Assembly: GCA_937872505.1 (NCBI GenBank)
Contig: CALMTA010000137.1
Coordinates: 132 to 64,131 of the forward strand
Length of the DNA stretch: 64,000 nucleotides
Direction: 5' to 3'
DNA from: an uncultured Neisseriaceae bacterium
Lineage (GTDB): Bacteria > Pseudomonadota > Gammaproteobacteria > Burkholderiales > UBA11063
Under the pieces are notes generated by a model that searched no databases, had not been told where the DNA came from, and worked only from the letters and a program-made list of their open reading frames with translations. A program made the translations under genes and the position numbers. Below, one piece after another: positions 9,707 through 18,840 of this stretch (the stretch's first letter is position 1; the number at the start of each line of letters is the position of its first letter).

Positions 9707-10404
9707 TTGAAAAAATTTGGGTTATTTCTGATACCCATACAAAACATTCAGAATTAAGAATTCCCGATGTTGATATTGTTATTCATGCGGGAGACATGAC
9801 TAATCAAAAAGGACCACTAAATAATAATGAAGCATTTAGTTTTATTAAATGGTTTGATAATTTAAGTATTAATAAAAAAGTATTAATTGCTGGTAATCAC
9901 GATTCAACTTTTTTTAATAAAGAAATTATATTTCCTAAATATTATTTAGAAGACAAATTAATAAAATATAAAAAGTGGTTAATATATGGTACTCCTTATA
10001 CACCTAAATTTTATAATTGGTATTTTATGTTAACTAAAGAGCAAGAAATAACTTGGGCTAAGAATATACCACCTTGTGATATTTTAGTTACACACGGTCC
10101 TCCTAAATTTATATTAGATAGTGTATATAGAGAAGATTATGATTTATATGAACATTGTGGTTCTGTAGAATTATATAATAGAGTTAATAAACTTAAACCT
10201 AAATTACATATAGTAGGACATATTCATAGTTCTTATAATAAAAAGTATCCTGAAAATAATGGAGTGTTTTTTAATGGTAATACTTGGTTTATAAATGCAA
10301 GTTGTTGTAGTGACGGTTATAAGTTACCATTAACTTCGCATGGTTGGATTGTAGAAGTAAACATTGATACTAAAGAAATAGTAAAGATATATAGAAATAT
10401 ATAA
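9703..10404 (+). CDS. calcineurin-like metallophosphoesterase
   Basis: ISDTH, IHAGD, IAGNHD, LVTHGPP, VGHIH: all five motifs. Confidence 0.9.
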   Translation: MIEKIWVISDTHTKHSELRIPDVDIVIHAGDMTNQKGPLNNNEAFSFIKWFDNLSINKKVLIAGNHDSTFFNKEIIFPKYYLEDKLIKYKKWLIYGTPYTPKFYNWYFMLTKEQEITWAKNIPPCDILVTHGPPKFILDSVYREDYDLYEHCGSVELYNRVNKLKPKLHIVGHIHSSYNKKYPENNGVFFNGNTWFINASCCSDGYKLPLTSHGWIVEVNIDTKEIVKIYRNI

Positions 10405-10420
10405 CTTTTTTTAAAAGCTT

Positions 10421-10529
10421 AACACACTTATAATCATAAACAAGGTATGTAAAACCTACGGTTATTGGTTCGAATCCAATATTACTTATTTAAGTAATTA
10501 GATCAATGGTAGATTGTAAAAAGTGTGTT
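10421..10529 (+). ncRNA. circularly permuted tRNA-like RNA (anticodon arm, T arm, acceptor stem closed by loop, D arm) enclosed in a 9-bp terminal stem
   Basis: AGGT-ATGTAAA-ACCT 10443-10457; ATTGG-TTCGAAT-CCAAT 10464-10480; ATTACTT-ATTT-AAGTAAT 10481-10498; TA; GATC-AATGGTA-GATT 10501-10515; outer AACACACTT 10421-10429 / AAGTGTGTT 10521-10529. Confidence 0.75.
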
Positions 10530-10572
10530 TAAATTTACTTAACTTATTTAGCCTAAAATAATATAAATAAAA

Positions 10573-10878
10573 ATGACTAATTTACAACAAGAAGAATATT
10601 TAGAAACTTTAATAACTAAGTTAAAAACTATATTACTTTCTAAAAGAAACGATTATGCATTTGAAACAGATGCTTTGAGCAATTTTAAAGTAGTTGGTAA
10701 TATATGTGGTATAAAACCTGAAATAGCTTGTCTCACTTTAATAGCTACTAAAGTAGCAAGATTAAGTTCTTTATTAAGTGAAAACAAATTACCTAATAAT
10801 GAAAGTATTGATGATAGTATTTTGGATTTAATTAATTACGGAATATTATTATCCATGATTAATTCTGAATCTAAATGA
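10573..10878 (+). CDS. DUF1599 / nucleotide-modification-associated domain protein
   Basis: KRNDYA..D.LSNF, TKVARL, NESIDDSILDLINY. Confidence 0.75.
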   Translation: MTNLQQEEYLETLITKLKTILLSKRNDYAFETDALSNFKVVGNICGIKPEIACLTLIATKVARLSSLLSENKLPNNESIDDSILDLINYGILLSMINSESK

Positions 10879-11123
10879 TACAGCTATTTATAAGAGGATT
10901 TGTGCAAGTATTTTTTATATGTGTTAATACTTTTTTCTTAAGTAAAGAATATTATTGGGGTGTACTAATCTGTGGCTTTGTAATAAGTTATATTTGGTGT
11001 ACAAACGTAGCAAGAGTTTCAGTTAGTACAACTTCAGAAAAATTAATTTATTCACTAGGAGCAGCTATAGGCTCTGTAGCAGGATTATTTATATCAACAC
11101 AAATATTTAAGTTTTTTAATTAA
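10875..11123 (+). CDS. small multi-pass membrane protein
   Basis: three hydrophobic helices in 82 aa. Confidence 0.6.
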   Translation: MIQLFIRGFVQVFFICVNTFFLSKEYYWGVLICGFVISYIWCTNVARVSVSTTSEKLIYSLGAAIGSVAGLFISTQIFKFFN

Positions 11124-11491
11124 TGGGATTACATACTTATTTTTATAAAAGTAAAGAACTTTATGATTTATGTGATAAATTATATAATTCTTTAGATGAT
11201 CATGAATCAGGTAAGTTAAATTTTGATGAAATAATATTAACTCTAATACGTCATAAAATAGAAGATACTGAAAAAGAAAATAAAGCAGATTATATTAATA
11301 TTTTTAAAACTAAAAAACGAGATTTAATTAAAGGTGGATATACAAATGATGTTATATATAGTAAAGAAGAGTGCTTTGAATGGTTGAAAAATAATAAAGT
11401 CACTTATATAAACGATGATATAGAATTAGCTACTAATTTACTCAATGAATTTTGGGACAAGTATCCTCATGGAGTAATAAGTTTTGATTAA
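11123..11491 (+). CDS. hypothetical phage protein
   Basis: MGLHTYF N-terminus; 122 aa. Confidence 0.55.
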   Translation: MGLHTYFYKSKELYDLCDKLYNSLDDHESGKLNFDEIILTLIRHKIEDTEKENKADYINIFKTKKRDLIKGGYTNDVIYSKEECFEWLKNNKVTYINDDIELATNLLNEFWDKYPHGVISFD

Positions 11492-11556
11492 ATTATTTGA
11501 AAAGTAACAAATTATTATTTAATTTCACACCCTTATAAATTATAAAATATGTAATA

Positions 11557-11850
11557 ATGATATATTACCAAAGATTAGAAAGTAATTCAGGAGATTTGTT
11601 TATAGACAATTTCGATAATGATATTGTATTAAGCTCTAATTCTTATAATGATGATATTGGAGGATTAATAATAGAAGATTATGTTTATTTAAAAAATACA
11701 TTATATCCTCTATGTCTAAGATTTAAAAATAATGAATTAACAGACACCGACAAAGAAGAAATAATTGATTTAGAAGTAGATTTTAATGCTTTGCTTGAAA
11801 ATGAAATTATTGAATTATTAGAAGAAGCTATTAAAAAAAATTGGATATAG
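11557..11850 (+). CDS. hypothetical acidic protein
   Basis: 97-aa ORF. Confidence 0.5.
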   Translation: MIYYQRLESNSGDLFIDNFDNDIVLSSNSYNDDIGGLIIEDYVYLKNTLYPLCLRFKNNELTDTDKEEIIDLEVDFNALLENEIIELLEEAIKKNWI

Positions 11851-11887
11851 TTAATTAAAGCATTAAATAATATTAAAATTAATTAAA

Positions 11888-14746
11888 ATGAATAATATAA
11901 TTACACCTTGGGGAGAAATAGGATATATAGTATTTAAAAGAACATATTCAAGGAGACTAAAAGAAGACGATCCCAATAGTGAAACAGAAGAATTTATAGA
12001 TGTTATTAATAGAGAATTATTAGCTATATCTAAACAGTTAAAATTGAAATTAACTGATGATGAAATAGATTTTTATAGAAATACAAGATTATTATTAAAG
12101 TGGTCAGTAGCAGGAAGATTTATGTGGCAATTAGGCACTAAAACAGTTAATGATTTAGGATTAACAAGTTTACAAAACTGTGCTGGTGTAGTAGTAGATA
12201 ATCCTATAAGACCTTTTACTTGGGCAATGGAACTTCTAATGTTGGGTTGTGGTGTAGGCTTCAATATTCAAAAAGAGTATGTTTATCAATTACCTAAACT
12301 TAAGAAAAAAATAAAAATAGAAAGATTAGACACAAAAGATGCTAACTTTATATTACCAGACACACGAGAAGGGTGGGTCAAACTTTTGGGAAAAACATTA
12401 AAAGCACATTTTTATAGTGGAGAAGGATTTACTTATTCTACACAGTTAATTAGAAGTAAAGGAGCTGCTATAAAAGGATTTGGTGGATTATCAAGTGGTC
12501 CAGAAGAATTATGTAATGGCATTAATGATATTCATAATATTTTAAATAGTAGGTCTAATCAAAAATTAAGACCTATAGACTGTTTGGATATAATGAATAT
12601 TATTGGTTCTATTGTAGTAGCTGGTAATGTACGTAGGTCAGCACAAATAGCTATTGGAGATTATGATGATTTAGAGTTTTTAAAAGCTAAAAGATGGGAT
12701 TTAGGACAAATACCTAATTGGCGAGCAATGTCCAATAATTCTGTAGCTTGTGATAATATTGAAAATTTACCCATTGAGTTTTGGCAAACTTACGAACAAG
12801 GTGAACCTTATGGTTTGATTAATCTAAGATTAGCAAGATTAGTTGGTAGAACAGGAGAAACACAATATAGTGATAAAGATACAGTAGTTTTTAATCCTTG
12901 TTTTACATCAGATACAAAAATATTAACACCAGAAGGATATGTTGAAATAGGTAAAAATGTAGGTGAGTTAGAATTAATTAATAAAGAAGGTTTAATTGTG
13001 AATGGAAATATTTGGTCCAATGGTTTTAAAACTGTTATTGAAATACTTACTTCACAAAAAAATAAATTAAAATGTACTCCTGATCACATATTTATGTTAA
13101 ATGACGGTTCTGAATGTACTGCTATAGAATTATTAGGTAAAAGAATTATGCCATATTTTAGTATAAATGAAGAAATTAGTGAGTATACTAAATATGGTTT
13201 TATTCAAGGAGATGGTAATTTAACAAGGTTAAACTCTGAACCTCATAAAGGGCTTGAAATAAATATAGGTGAAAATGATTATGACATTTTTGAGTTATTT
13301 GACATTGAAAAAGAAGAAAATAAAAGAAGTTATTATACATCTGGATTTAATGAAATTTTAAAAATTTTAGGTTTTGACTCTTCTGTATTACCTATAAGAA
13401 GAATGCCAAATACTTTTTCGTTTTGGAGCAATAAAGATAAATTAATGTTTTTAAAAGGAATGTATTCTGCAAATGGCTCCATTATTAAAAATCATAGAAT
13501 TTCATATAAAACAGTTTCTCAAAAACTAGCATTAGAATTACAAGAGGCATTATTGCAATTTGATATATGTTCTTATATAACTATTAATAAGGAAAAAGAA
13601 GTTTTATTTTCAAACGGTAATTACTCTTGTAAAGAATCTTATGATATAAATATTTCTAAATATGATTCAATATTACAATTTGCTAAATTAATAGGATTTG
13701 TCCATAAATATAAAAATGAGTCTTTAAGAGAATTAATTTTAGCAAAATCTCCTAAAGTAATAAGTATTAAAGATGTTGGTTATCAAGAAGTCTTTGATTT
13801 TAACTTACAAGATGACACTCATTGGGGAGTTATAGATGGTTTAATAGCACATAACTGCTCCGAACAGTCTTTACACAATTATGAAACTTGTTGTTTAAGT
13901 GAAGTATTTTTACCTAATATAGAATCTTATGAAGAATTATTAAAAATATTAGAGATTACGTATAAAGTAAATAAACATAGTTTAGCTATATCATGTAATA
14001 TAAAGGAAACAGAAGAAATTGTTCATAAAAATATGAGAATGGGTATTGGAATGACTGGTATTTTACAAGCAACAGAAAAACAAAGAAGTTGGTTAAAAAA
14101 TGCTTATATTTGGTTAAGAGAATTTGATAAAATTTATTCTAAAGAAAATAACTTCCCAACAAGTATTAAACTTACTACTGTAAAACCGAGTGGAAGTCTT
14201 TCTTTACTTGCAGGTGTAACTCCTGGAATACATCCGAATCCTGCTGGTCCTTATTATATAAGGAGAGTTAGAATGGCAGCTAATTCTGTTTTAGTAAACT
14301 CTTGTCGAGAACATGGTTTTTTAACAGAGCATCAAATTAATTTTGATGGTAGTGAAGATAAATCAACTATTGTAGTTAGTTTTCCTTGTAAAGTTTCTGA
14401 AGATACTCCTATTGCAGCAAATTATGGATGGAAAGAACAAATAGAAATGGTTAGGAAAATTCAATCAGAATGGAGTGATAATTCTGTTAGTTGTACAATT
14501 TATTATAAAAAAGAAGATTTAGAAGATATCAAAGCATATTTAAAAACTTATTATGAAGATAACTTTAAAACATTATCTTTTTTATTATATCACGGTCATG
14601 GTTTTATACAAGCTCCTTACGAAACTATAGACAAGGAAACTTATGAAAAAATGGTTAGCACCATTAGACCTATTACCAGTATTAATGTTAAAGAAAAAGA
14701 TTTTAATATAGATGAATGTGAGAATGGTGCATGTCCTATTAAATAA
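11888..14746 (+). CDS. nrdJ: class II (adenosylcobalamin-dependent) ribonucleotide reductase, intein-containing
   Basis: VFKRTYSR, AGRFMWQLG, LQNCA, AGNVRRSA, NP[intein]CSEQ, ETCCLSE, TVKPSGS, C-terminal CENGACPIK. Confidence 0.93.
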   Translation: MNNIITPWGEIGYIVFKRTYSRRLKEDDPNSETEEFIDVINRELLAISKQLKLKLTDDEIDFYRNTRLLLKWSVAGRFMWQLGTKTVNDLGLTSLQNCAGVVVDNPIRPFTWAMELLMLGCGVGFNIQKEYVYQLPKLKKKIKIERLDTKDANFILPDTREGWVKLLGKTLKAHFYSGEGFTYSTQLIRSKGAAIKGFGGLSSGPEELCNGINDIHNILNSRSNQKLRPIDCLDIMNIIGSIVVAGNVRRSAQIAIGDYDDLEFLKAKRWDLGQIPNWRAMSNNSVACDNIENLPIEFWQTYEQGEPYGLINLRLARLVGRTGETQYSDKDTVVFNPCFTSDTKILTPEGYVEIGKNVGELELINKEGLIVNGNIWSNGFKTVIEILTSQKNKLKCTPDHIFMLNDGSECTAIELLGKRIMPYFSINEEISEYTKYGFIQGDGNLTRLNSEPHKGLEINIGENDYDIFELFDIEKEENKRSYYTSGFNEILKILGFDSSVLPIRRMPNTFSFWSNKDKLMFLKGMYSANGSIIKNHRISYKTVSQKLALELQEALLQFDICSYITINKEKEVLFSNGNYSCKESYDINISKYDSILQFAKLIGFVHKYKNESLRELILAKSPKVISIKDVGYQEVFDFNLQDDTHWGVIDGLIAHNCSEQSLHNYETCCLSEVFLPNIESYEELLKILEITYKVNKHSLAISCNIKETEEIVHKNMRMGIGMTGILQATEKQRSWLKNAYIWLREFDKIYSKENNFPTSIKLTTVKPSGSLSLLAGVTPGIHPNPAGPYYIRRVRMAANSVLVNSCREHGFLTEHQINFDGSEDKSTIVVSFPCKVSEDTPIAANYGWKEQIEMVRKIQSEWSDNSVSCTIYYKKEDLEDIKAYLKTYYEDNFKTLSFLLYHGHGFIQAPYETIDKETYEKMVSTIRPITSINVKEKDFNIDECENGACPIK
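12899..13855 (+). mobile_element. intein (319 aa) with LAGLIDADG endonuclease in nrdJ
   Basis: starts CFTSDTKILT, ends GLIAHN followed by +1 Cys; internal YGFIQGDG and FLKGMYSANG; removal restores FNPCSEQ. Confidence 0.92.
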
Positions 14747-14757
14747 ATATATAAACA

Positions 14758-15009
14758 ATGAAATTACATTCTTTTTTAGAAAAGAATAATTTAATAGACC
14801 ACGGTGAATTAGGCTTAATAATTAATTATATTTTGCCTGATTCACTACAAGGCTATTATTTTATAGTTAAAAATGTAGATTTATTAACAGAAGAAAAGTT
14901 AATAATTACAGTGTCAGATGAATTAGAGGATAAACCATTAAATTGTCAAATTACATTTGATATAACGGATAATGGTGATTTGGTTTATAATAATCATATT
15001 GAATTATAA
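14758..15009 (+). CDS. hypothetical protein
   Basis: 83-aa ORF. Confidence 0.5.
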   Translation: MKLHSFLEKNNLIDHGELGLIINYILPDSLQGYYFIVKNVDLLTEEKLIITVSDELEDKPLNCQITFDITDNGDLVYNNHIEL

Positions 15010-15121
15010 AGTTTAATTACAAATATTAAAATTTAAAATTATATTATGTTATTACCTTTAATAATATCAGTTATATTTTGTGCTGCTATAATGTTCTTGG
15101 CAAGCTTTATTAGTTCACATT

Positions 15122-15346
15122 ATGAAAATATTGACGATGACTTGGAAAAATAAAATAAAAGAAAATTGTGTATATAAATTAGGCAATGGTACATATAGTG
15201 GTCCAAAAGGAGCATTACAATATGGTGAAATTCTTGAAAATAATGCTTTTTCGGATATACAAATACAAGAAAATATAGCAATATCAGAAAATAATAATTT
15301 ACTAAAAGATAATGTTTATATAAAATTAATTGATTTAAAATCATAG
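15122..15346 (+). CDS. hypothetical protein
   Basis: 74-aa ORF directly before the glycan cluster. Confidence 0.4.
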   Translation: MKILTMTWKNKIKENCVYKLGNGTYSGPKGALQYGEILENNAFSDIQIQENIAISENNNLLKDNVYIKLIDLKS

Positions 15347-15348
15347 TT

Positions 15349-16185
15349 ATGAAAGTAGATGTAGTTATACATGTTTACGGAAAACCTTGGCAAACTTTAT
15401 GTACTTTAAAAAGTTTGATGCTATATAGTTCTGAACACATAGATAAAATATATTTTGTTACAGAGCCTAAACAACCTTATAACGAAAAAGTAGATTGGGT
15501 TATAGATTATTTTGATAATATTATTCAATATACTCCTATTAAATCTATTTTAATGAATATTTGTAAGAATGTAAATAACGAAATAGAAAGACACAGTATG
15601 TATTGTCAATATGCTTTAGAAAAAACAGATAAACAATATATCTTTGTAACTCATAATGATATATTGTATACTGATGATATTATTGGAGACATGATTAATA
15701 ATATAGAAGACAATATTGCTATAGGGGAATTAGGTCAATGTTGGAATTGTCCCGCTCAACAATTTTGTGGAGGAGGAGCTAAATGGAATAGCTGGAATCC
15801 TACAGAAGAAGAAATTAATCAAATTAAAGAAAAACTTCCTTACGTCAGAACAAGTTTAAATAACTTAACTCCTAATAAATTTAAACTAATGCCTGAATGT
15901 AGATTAAATGAGTGGGCTTGTTTAATTAATGTAGAGTTATCTAATAAAGAAACTTATCCTAATGGTAATACACCTTTTTTTGGAGAATTTCATGTTGATT
16001 CTGGCACTGCTTGGTTTAAAAGTTTATATTTAAAGGGATATAATTTTAAAGATTATAGAAAAAATTATAGTCATACTTATTGGTCTGATTTGTCAAATGG
16101 TTATCAAACTGTGTTAAAAGAAAATTATTATTGGAAAGCAGAACAAAAAGCTGAACAATATTTTAATGAAAACTTTAAAATTTAA
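15349..16185 (+). CDS. GT-A fold glycosyltransferase (family 2-like)
   Basis: N-terminal VDVVIHVY..P...LKSL; KQYIFVTHNDILY (DxD position). Confidence 0.6.
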   Translation: MKVDVVIHVYGKPWQTLCTLKSLMLYSSEHIDKIYFVTEPKQPYNEKVDWVIDYFDNIIQYTPIKSILMNICKNVNNEIERHSMYCQYALEKTDKQYIFVTHNDILYTDDIIGDMINNIEDNIAIGELGQCWNCPAQQFCGGGAKWNSWNPTEEEINQIKEKLPYVRTSLNNLTPNKFKLMPECRLNEWACLINVELSNKETYPNGNTPFFGEFHVDSGTAWFKSLYLKGYNFKDYRKNYSHTYWSDLSNGYQTVLKENYYWKAEQKAEQYFNENFKI

Positions 16186-16193
16186 AAATAATT

Positions 16194-16835
16194 ATGAATA
16201 ATGTACATGATATAACTAAAGATTTTGAAAAAATGTTAGGTGATTACACTAATGCACCTTATGTTATAACTCTTGATAATCAATCTAATGCTTTATTTTT
16301 AGCATTATACTATGAAAAAAATATAGCAAAAACAATTATAAATGATACAATAATAATACCTTCCAGGACATATCCTTCCGTCCCTTGTGAAATAATTCAT
16401 GCTAATTTAAAAGTGCAGTTTAAGAAAGTAACAGGTAAAACTTTAACTGGAGCTTATAATCTTGAAAATAGTAATGTATGGGATTCAGCATTAAGATTTA
16501 CTGCTGACATGTATATGCCTTTTACTTATATGTGTATATCATTTACTGGTCCTTATAAACACTTTAAATTAAGTAAAGGAGGTGCTATACTAACAGACAA
16601 TTATGATGCTTATTTATGGTTTAAACGTGCAAGATATAGTGGTAGAAGAGAGTGTTCTTACCATGATGACCATTTTGATATGTTAGGCTGGAATTTTTAT
16701 ATGATGCCTGAATTAGCAGCAAGAGGAATTTTATTAATGAATCAATTTTATAATATAGATGGTACTAAAAAAAATAATGAAGATTTAACACTACCTTATC
16801 CTGATTTATCAAAATTTGATATATATACAAAATGA
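16194..16835 (+). CDS. DegT/DnrJ/EryC1/StrS-like PLP-dependent sugar aminotransferase (short form)
   Basis: NALFLAL, IIIPSRTYPSVP, VWDSA, SFTGPYKH (PLP Lys), GGAILTD, GWNFYM. Confidence 0.85.
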   Translation: MNNVHDITKDFEKMLGDYTNAPYVITLDNQSNALFLALYYEKNIAKTIINDTIIIPSRTYPSVPCEIIHANLKVQFKKVTGKTLTGAYNLENSNVWDSALRFTADMYMPFTYMCISFTGPYKHFKLSKGGAILTDNYDAYLWFKRARYSGRRECSYHDDHFDMLGWNFYMMPELAARGILLMNQFYNIDGTKKNNEDLTLPYPDLSKFDIYTK

Positions 16836-17425
16836 TAAAAGCATTAATTGGCTATGGTGGACACGCTAAAGAAGTTATGAGACAAATGAATATAATTTTA
16901 CCTTGTTTTGTAAGTGATAATTATTTAACAAATGAAACTATACCATTGTCTAAATTTAATCCTGCTAAATATATAGTTATGATTGCTGTTAGTAATTCAA
17001 TTGATAGATATAATATTGTTAATCAGCTTCCTAAAGAGACTAAATATTTTACATGGATACATAATACAGCTTTAATTATGGATAATAATATTGAAATAGG
17101 TGACGGTAGTTTTATAGGGGCTTACTCTATATTAACAACAAATATAAAATTAGGAAATCATACAATATTAAATAGAGCTAATCATATAGGACATGATTGT
17201 ACTATTGGAAATTATTTTACTGCTTTACCTGGCTCAATTGTTTCAGGAAATGTTAAAATAGGTGATAAAGTGTCTTTAGGAACAAACTCTTCTATAAAAG
17301 AAAAAATAACTATATGTGATAATGTAGTTATTGGTTTAAATTCAGGAGTAGTTAAGAATATTTTGGAACCTGGTATCTATGGTGGAGTTCCTGTTAAATT
17401 ATTAAAAAATGCCTATATTCAATAA
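16832..17425 (+). CDS. PglD/NeuD-like sugar acetyltransferase (hexapeptide repeat)
   Basis: LIGYGGHAK, HIGHDC, left-handed beta-helix repeats, YGGVPVK. Confidence 0.9.
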   Translation: MIKALIGYGGHAKEVMRQMNIILPCFVSDNYLTNETIPLSKFNPAKYIVMIAVSNSIDRYNIVNQLPKETKYFTWIHNTALIMDNNIEIGDGSFIGAYSILTTNIKLGNHTILNRANHIGHDCTIGNYFTALPGSIVSGNVKIGDKVSLGTNSSIKEKITICDNVVIGLNSGVVKNILEPGIYGGVPVKLLKNAYIQ

Positions 17426-17915
17426 ACATAAACTTATTTTTATACATATACCTAAAACAGGAGGAAGTAGTGTGGAAAAGGCTTTTCTTAATAAAGAAGA
17501 TAAATCATTATTTTATAGTGAGACTTATTTTATAAATAATCATAGTCCTCAACACTCTACATATATAGAATTAGAAAAATTAAATTTATTGTTTGAAGAT
17601 TATAAAATATTTACTATTATAAGACATCCTTATGAAAGATTTATAAGTGAATATAACTATTTATATACTAAAAATAATTTAGAAGATATTAATAATTTTG
17701 CTAAAAAGTTTTTAGGCTCTTCTAAAAATAAATATAATTGGGATAATCATCACTTATCTTGCAGCGAATTTATAAAAGAATGTAAAAACATTAATATTTT
17801 AAGATATGAAAACTTGCAAGAAGATTTTAAAAATTTTATAGGATTTAATCTCTTAGAACACGAAAATAAAGGTAATAAAATAATAACATTAGTAAATTTA
17901 ACAAAAAAAAATTAA
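17409..17915 (+). CDS. sulfotransferase family 2 protein
   Basis: FIHIPKTGGSS (5'-PSB) and IRHPYERFIS (3'-PB). Confidence 0.85.
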   Translation: MPIFNKHKLIFIHIPKTGGSSVEKAFLNKEDKSLFYSETYFINNHSPQHSTYIELEKLNLLFEDYKIFTIIRHPYERFISEYNYLYTKNNLEDINNFAKKFLGSSKNKYNWDNHHLSCSEFIKECKNINILRYENLQEDFKNFIGFNLLEHENKGNKIITLVNLTKKN

Positions 17916-18001
17916 AAAACAAATATATAATACTTGGAAAGAAGATTTTATTAATTTTAATTATCAAAAATAAGTTATATAATAATGTATAAAATATAAA
18001 T

Positions 18002-18838
18002 ATGTTAAAATGTATTAATTGGGGCAAAACTTTAAGATTAGGTAACTGGCTTTTTTTATATGCTGGTTTAAATTATTTTAGCAGAAAAAGTAATAACTCC
18101 TTAGTTTTACCAGATTTTTATTTGTGGAATTATTTAGAAAATCCACCTGTTATAAATAACAATAAAGATTTTGATTTAGAACATTCTTGGAGATATTTTG
18201 AGTATTCTGATGAAGAAAAACAGTATCAAATAGATATTTTAACTAAAAATGCAGATAAAATAATTAATATTGTAATGTTTCCTTATTTTCAAACAGAAAA
18301 ATGGTGGAAAGATGAAGAAAATTATATTTTAAATCTTCTTAAATTAAAAACAGATAAAATAGATGAAATTAAACAAAAGTATAAAAATTTGTTTAATACT
18401 TCTAAAGAAACCGTAGCAATTTCAATAAGAAGAGGAGATTTTGTAAAACATGGTGCTTTTTATCAAATACCTGAAAGTTGGTATGAAAAAGCGTTAGATT
18501 CTAATTTTAAAGATTGTAATGTTATAGTTTTTAGTGATGATATAGATTGGTGTAAAAAATATTTTAAGCACAGAAATTTCAATTATGCAGAATGTAATAA
18601 TACTCATTCTTTAAAAGGCTATGAAAATAATCCAATGGAACAATTTATTTTAGCCATTTTATGTGATCATGCAATAATAGGTAATTCTACATTTTCATGG
18701 TGGATAGCTTATTATATAAATAAGTTTAATAATGGAATAATCATTCATACTGGTAAAAACTTAACTAACGAAACAGATAAAATTTATAAAGCAAATAACA
18801 ATTATTATCCTAAAAATTGGAAACTTTTTAATATATAA
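18002..18838 (+). CDS. alpha-1,2-fucosyltransferase-like (GT11) glycosyltransferase
   Basis: RLGNWLF, SIRRGDF, FSDDIDWCK, NSTFSWW. Confidence 0.85.
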   Translation: MLKCINWGKTLRLGNWLFLYAGLNYFSRKSNNSLVLPDFYLWNYLENPPVINNNKDFDLEHSWRYFEYSDEEKQYQIDILTKNADKIINIVMFPYFQTEKWWKDEENYILNLLKLKTDKIDEIKQKYKNLFNTSKETVAISIRRGDFVKHGAFYQIPESWYEKALDSNFKDCNVIVFSDDIDWCKKYFKHRNFNYAECNNTHSLKGYENNPMEQFILAILCDHAIIGNSTFSWWIAYYINKFNNGIIIHTGKNLTNETDKIYKANNNYYPKNWKLFNI

Positions 18839-18840
18839 AT

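Noticed and set aside
10441-10517. Ordinary linear tRNA gene or two unrelated tRNA remnants
   Set aside because: The T arm precedes the D arm, and the two acceptor strands pair 7/7 with a consistent Levitt pair, arguing for one permuted unit.
10421-10529. Two-piece (permuted) tmRNA
   Set aside because: No G3-U70 alanine acceptor, no CCA, and no room for a tag reading frame.
11851-11887. Cobalamin riboswitch upstream of nrdJ
   Set aside because: The gap is only 37 nt of AT-rich sequence with no B12-box.
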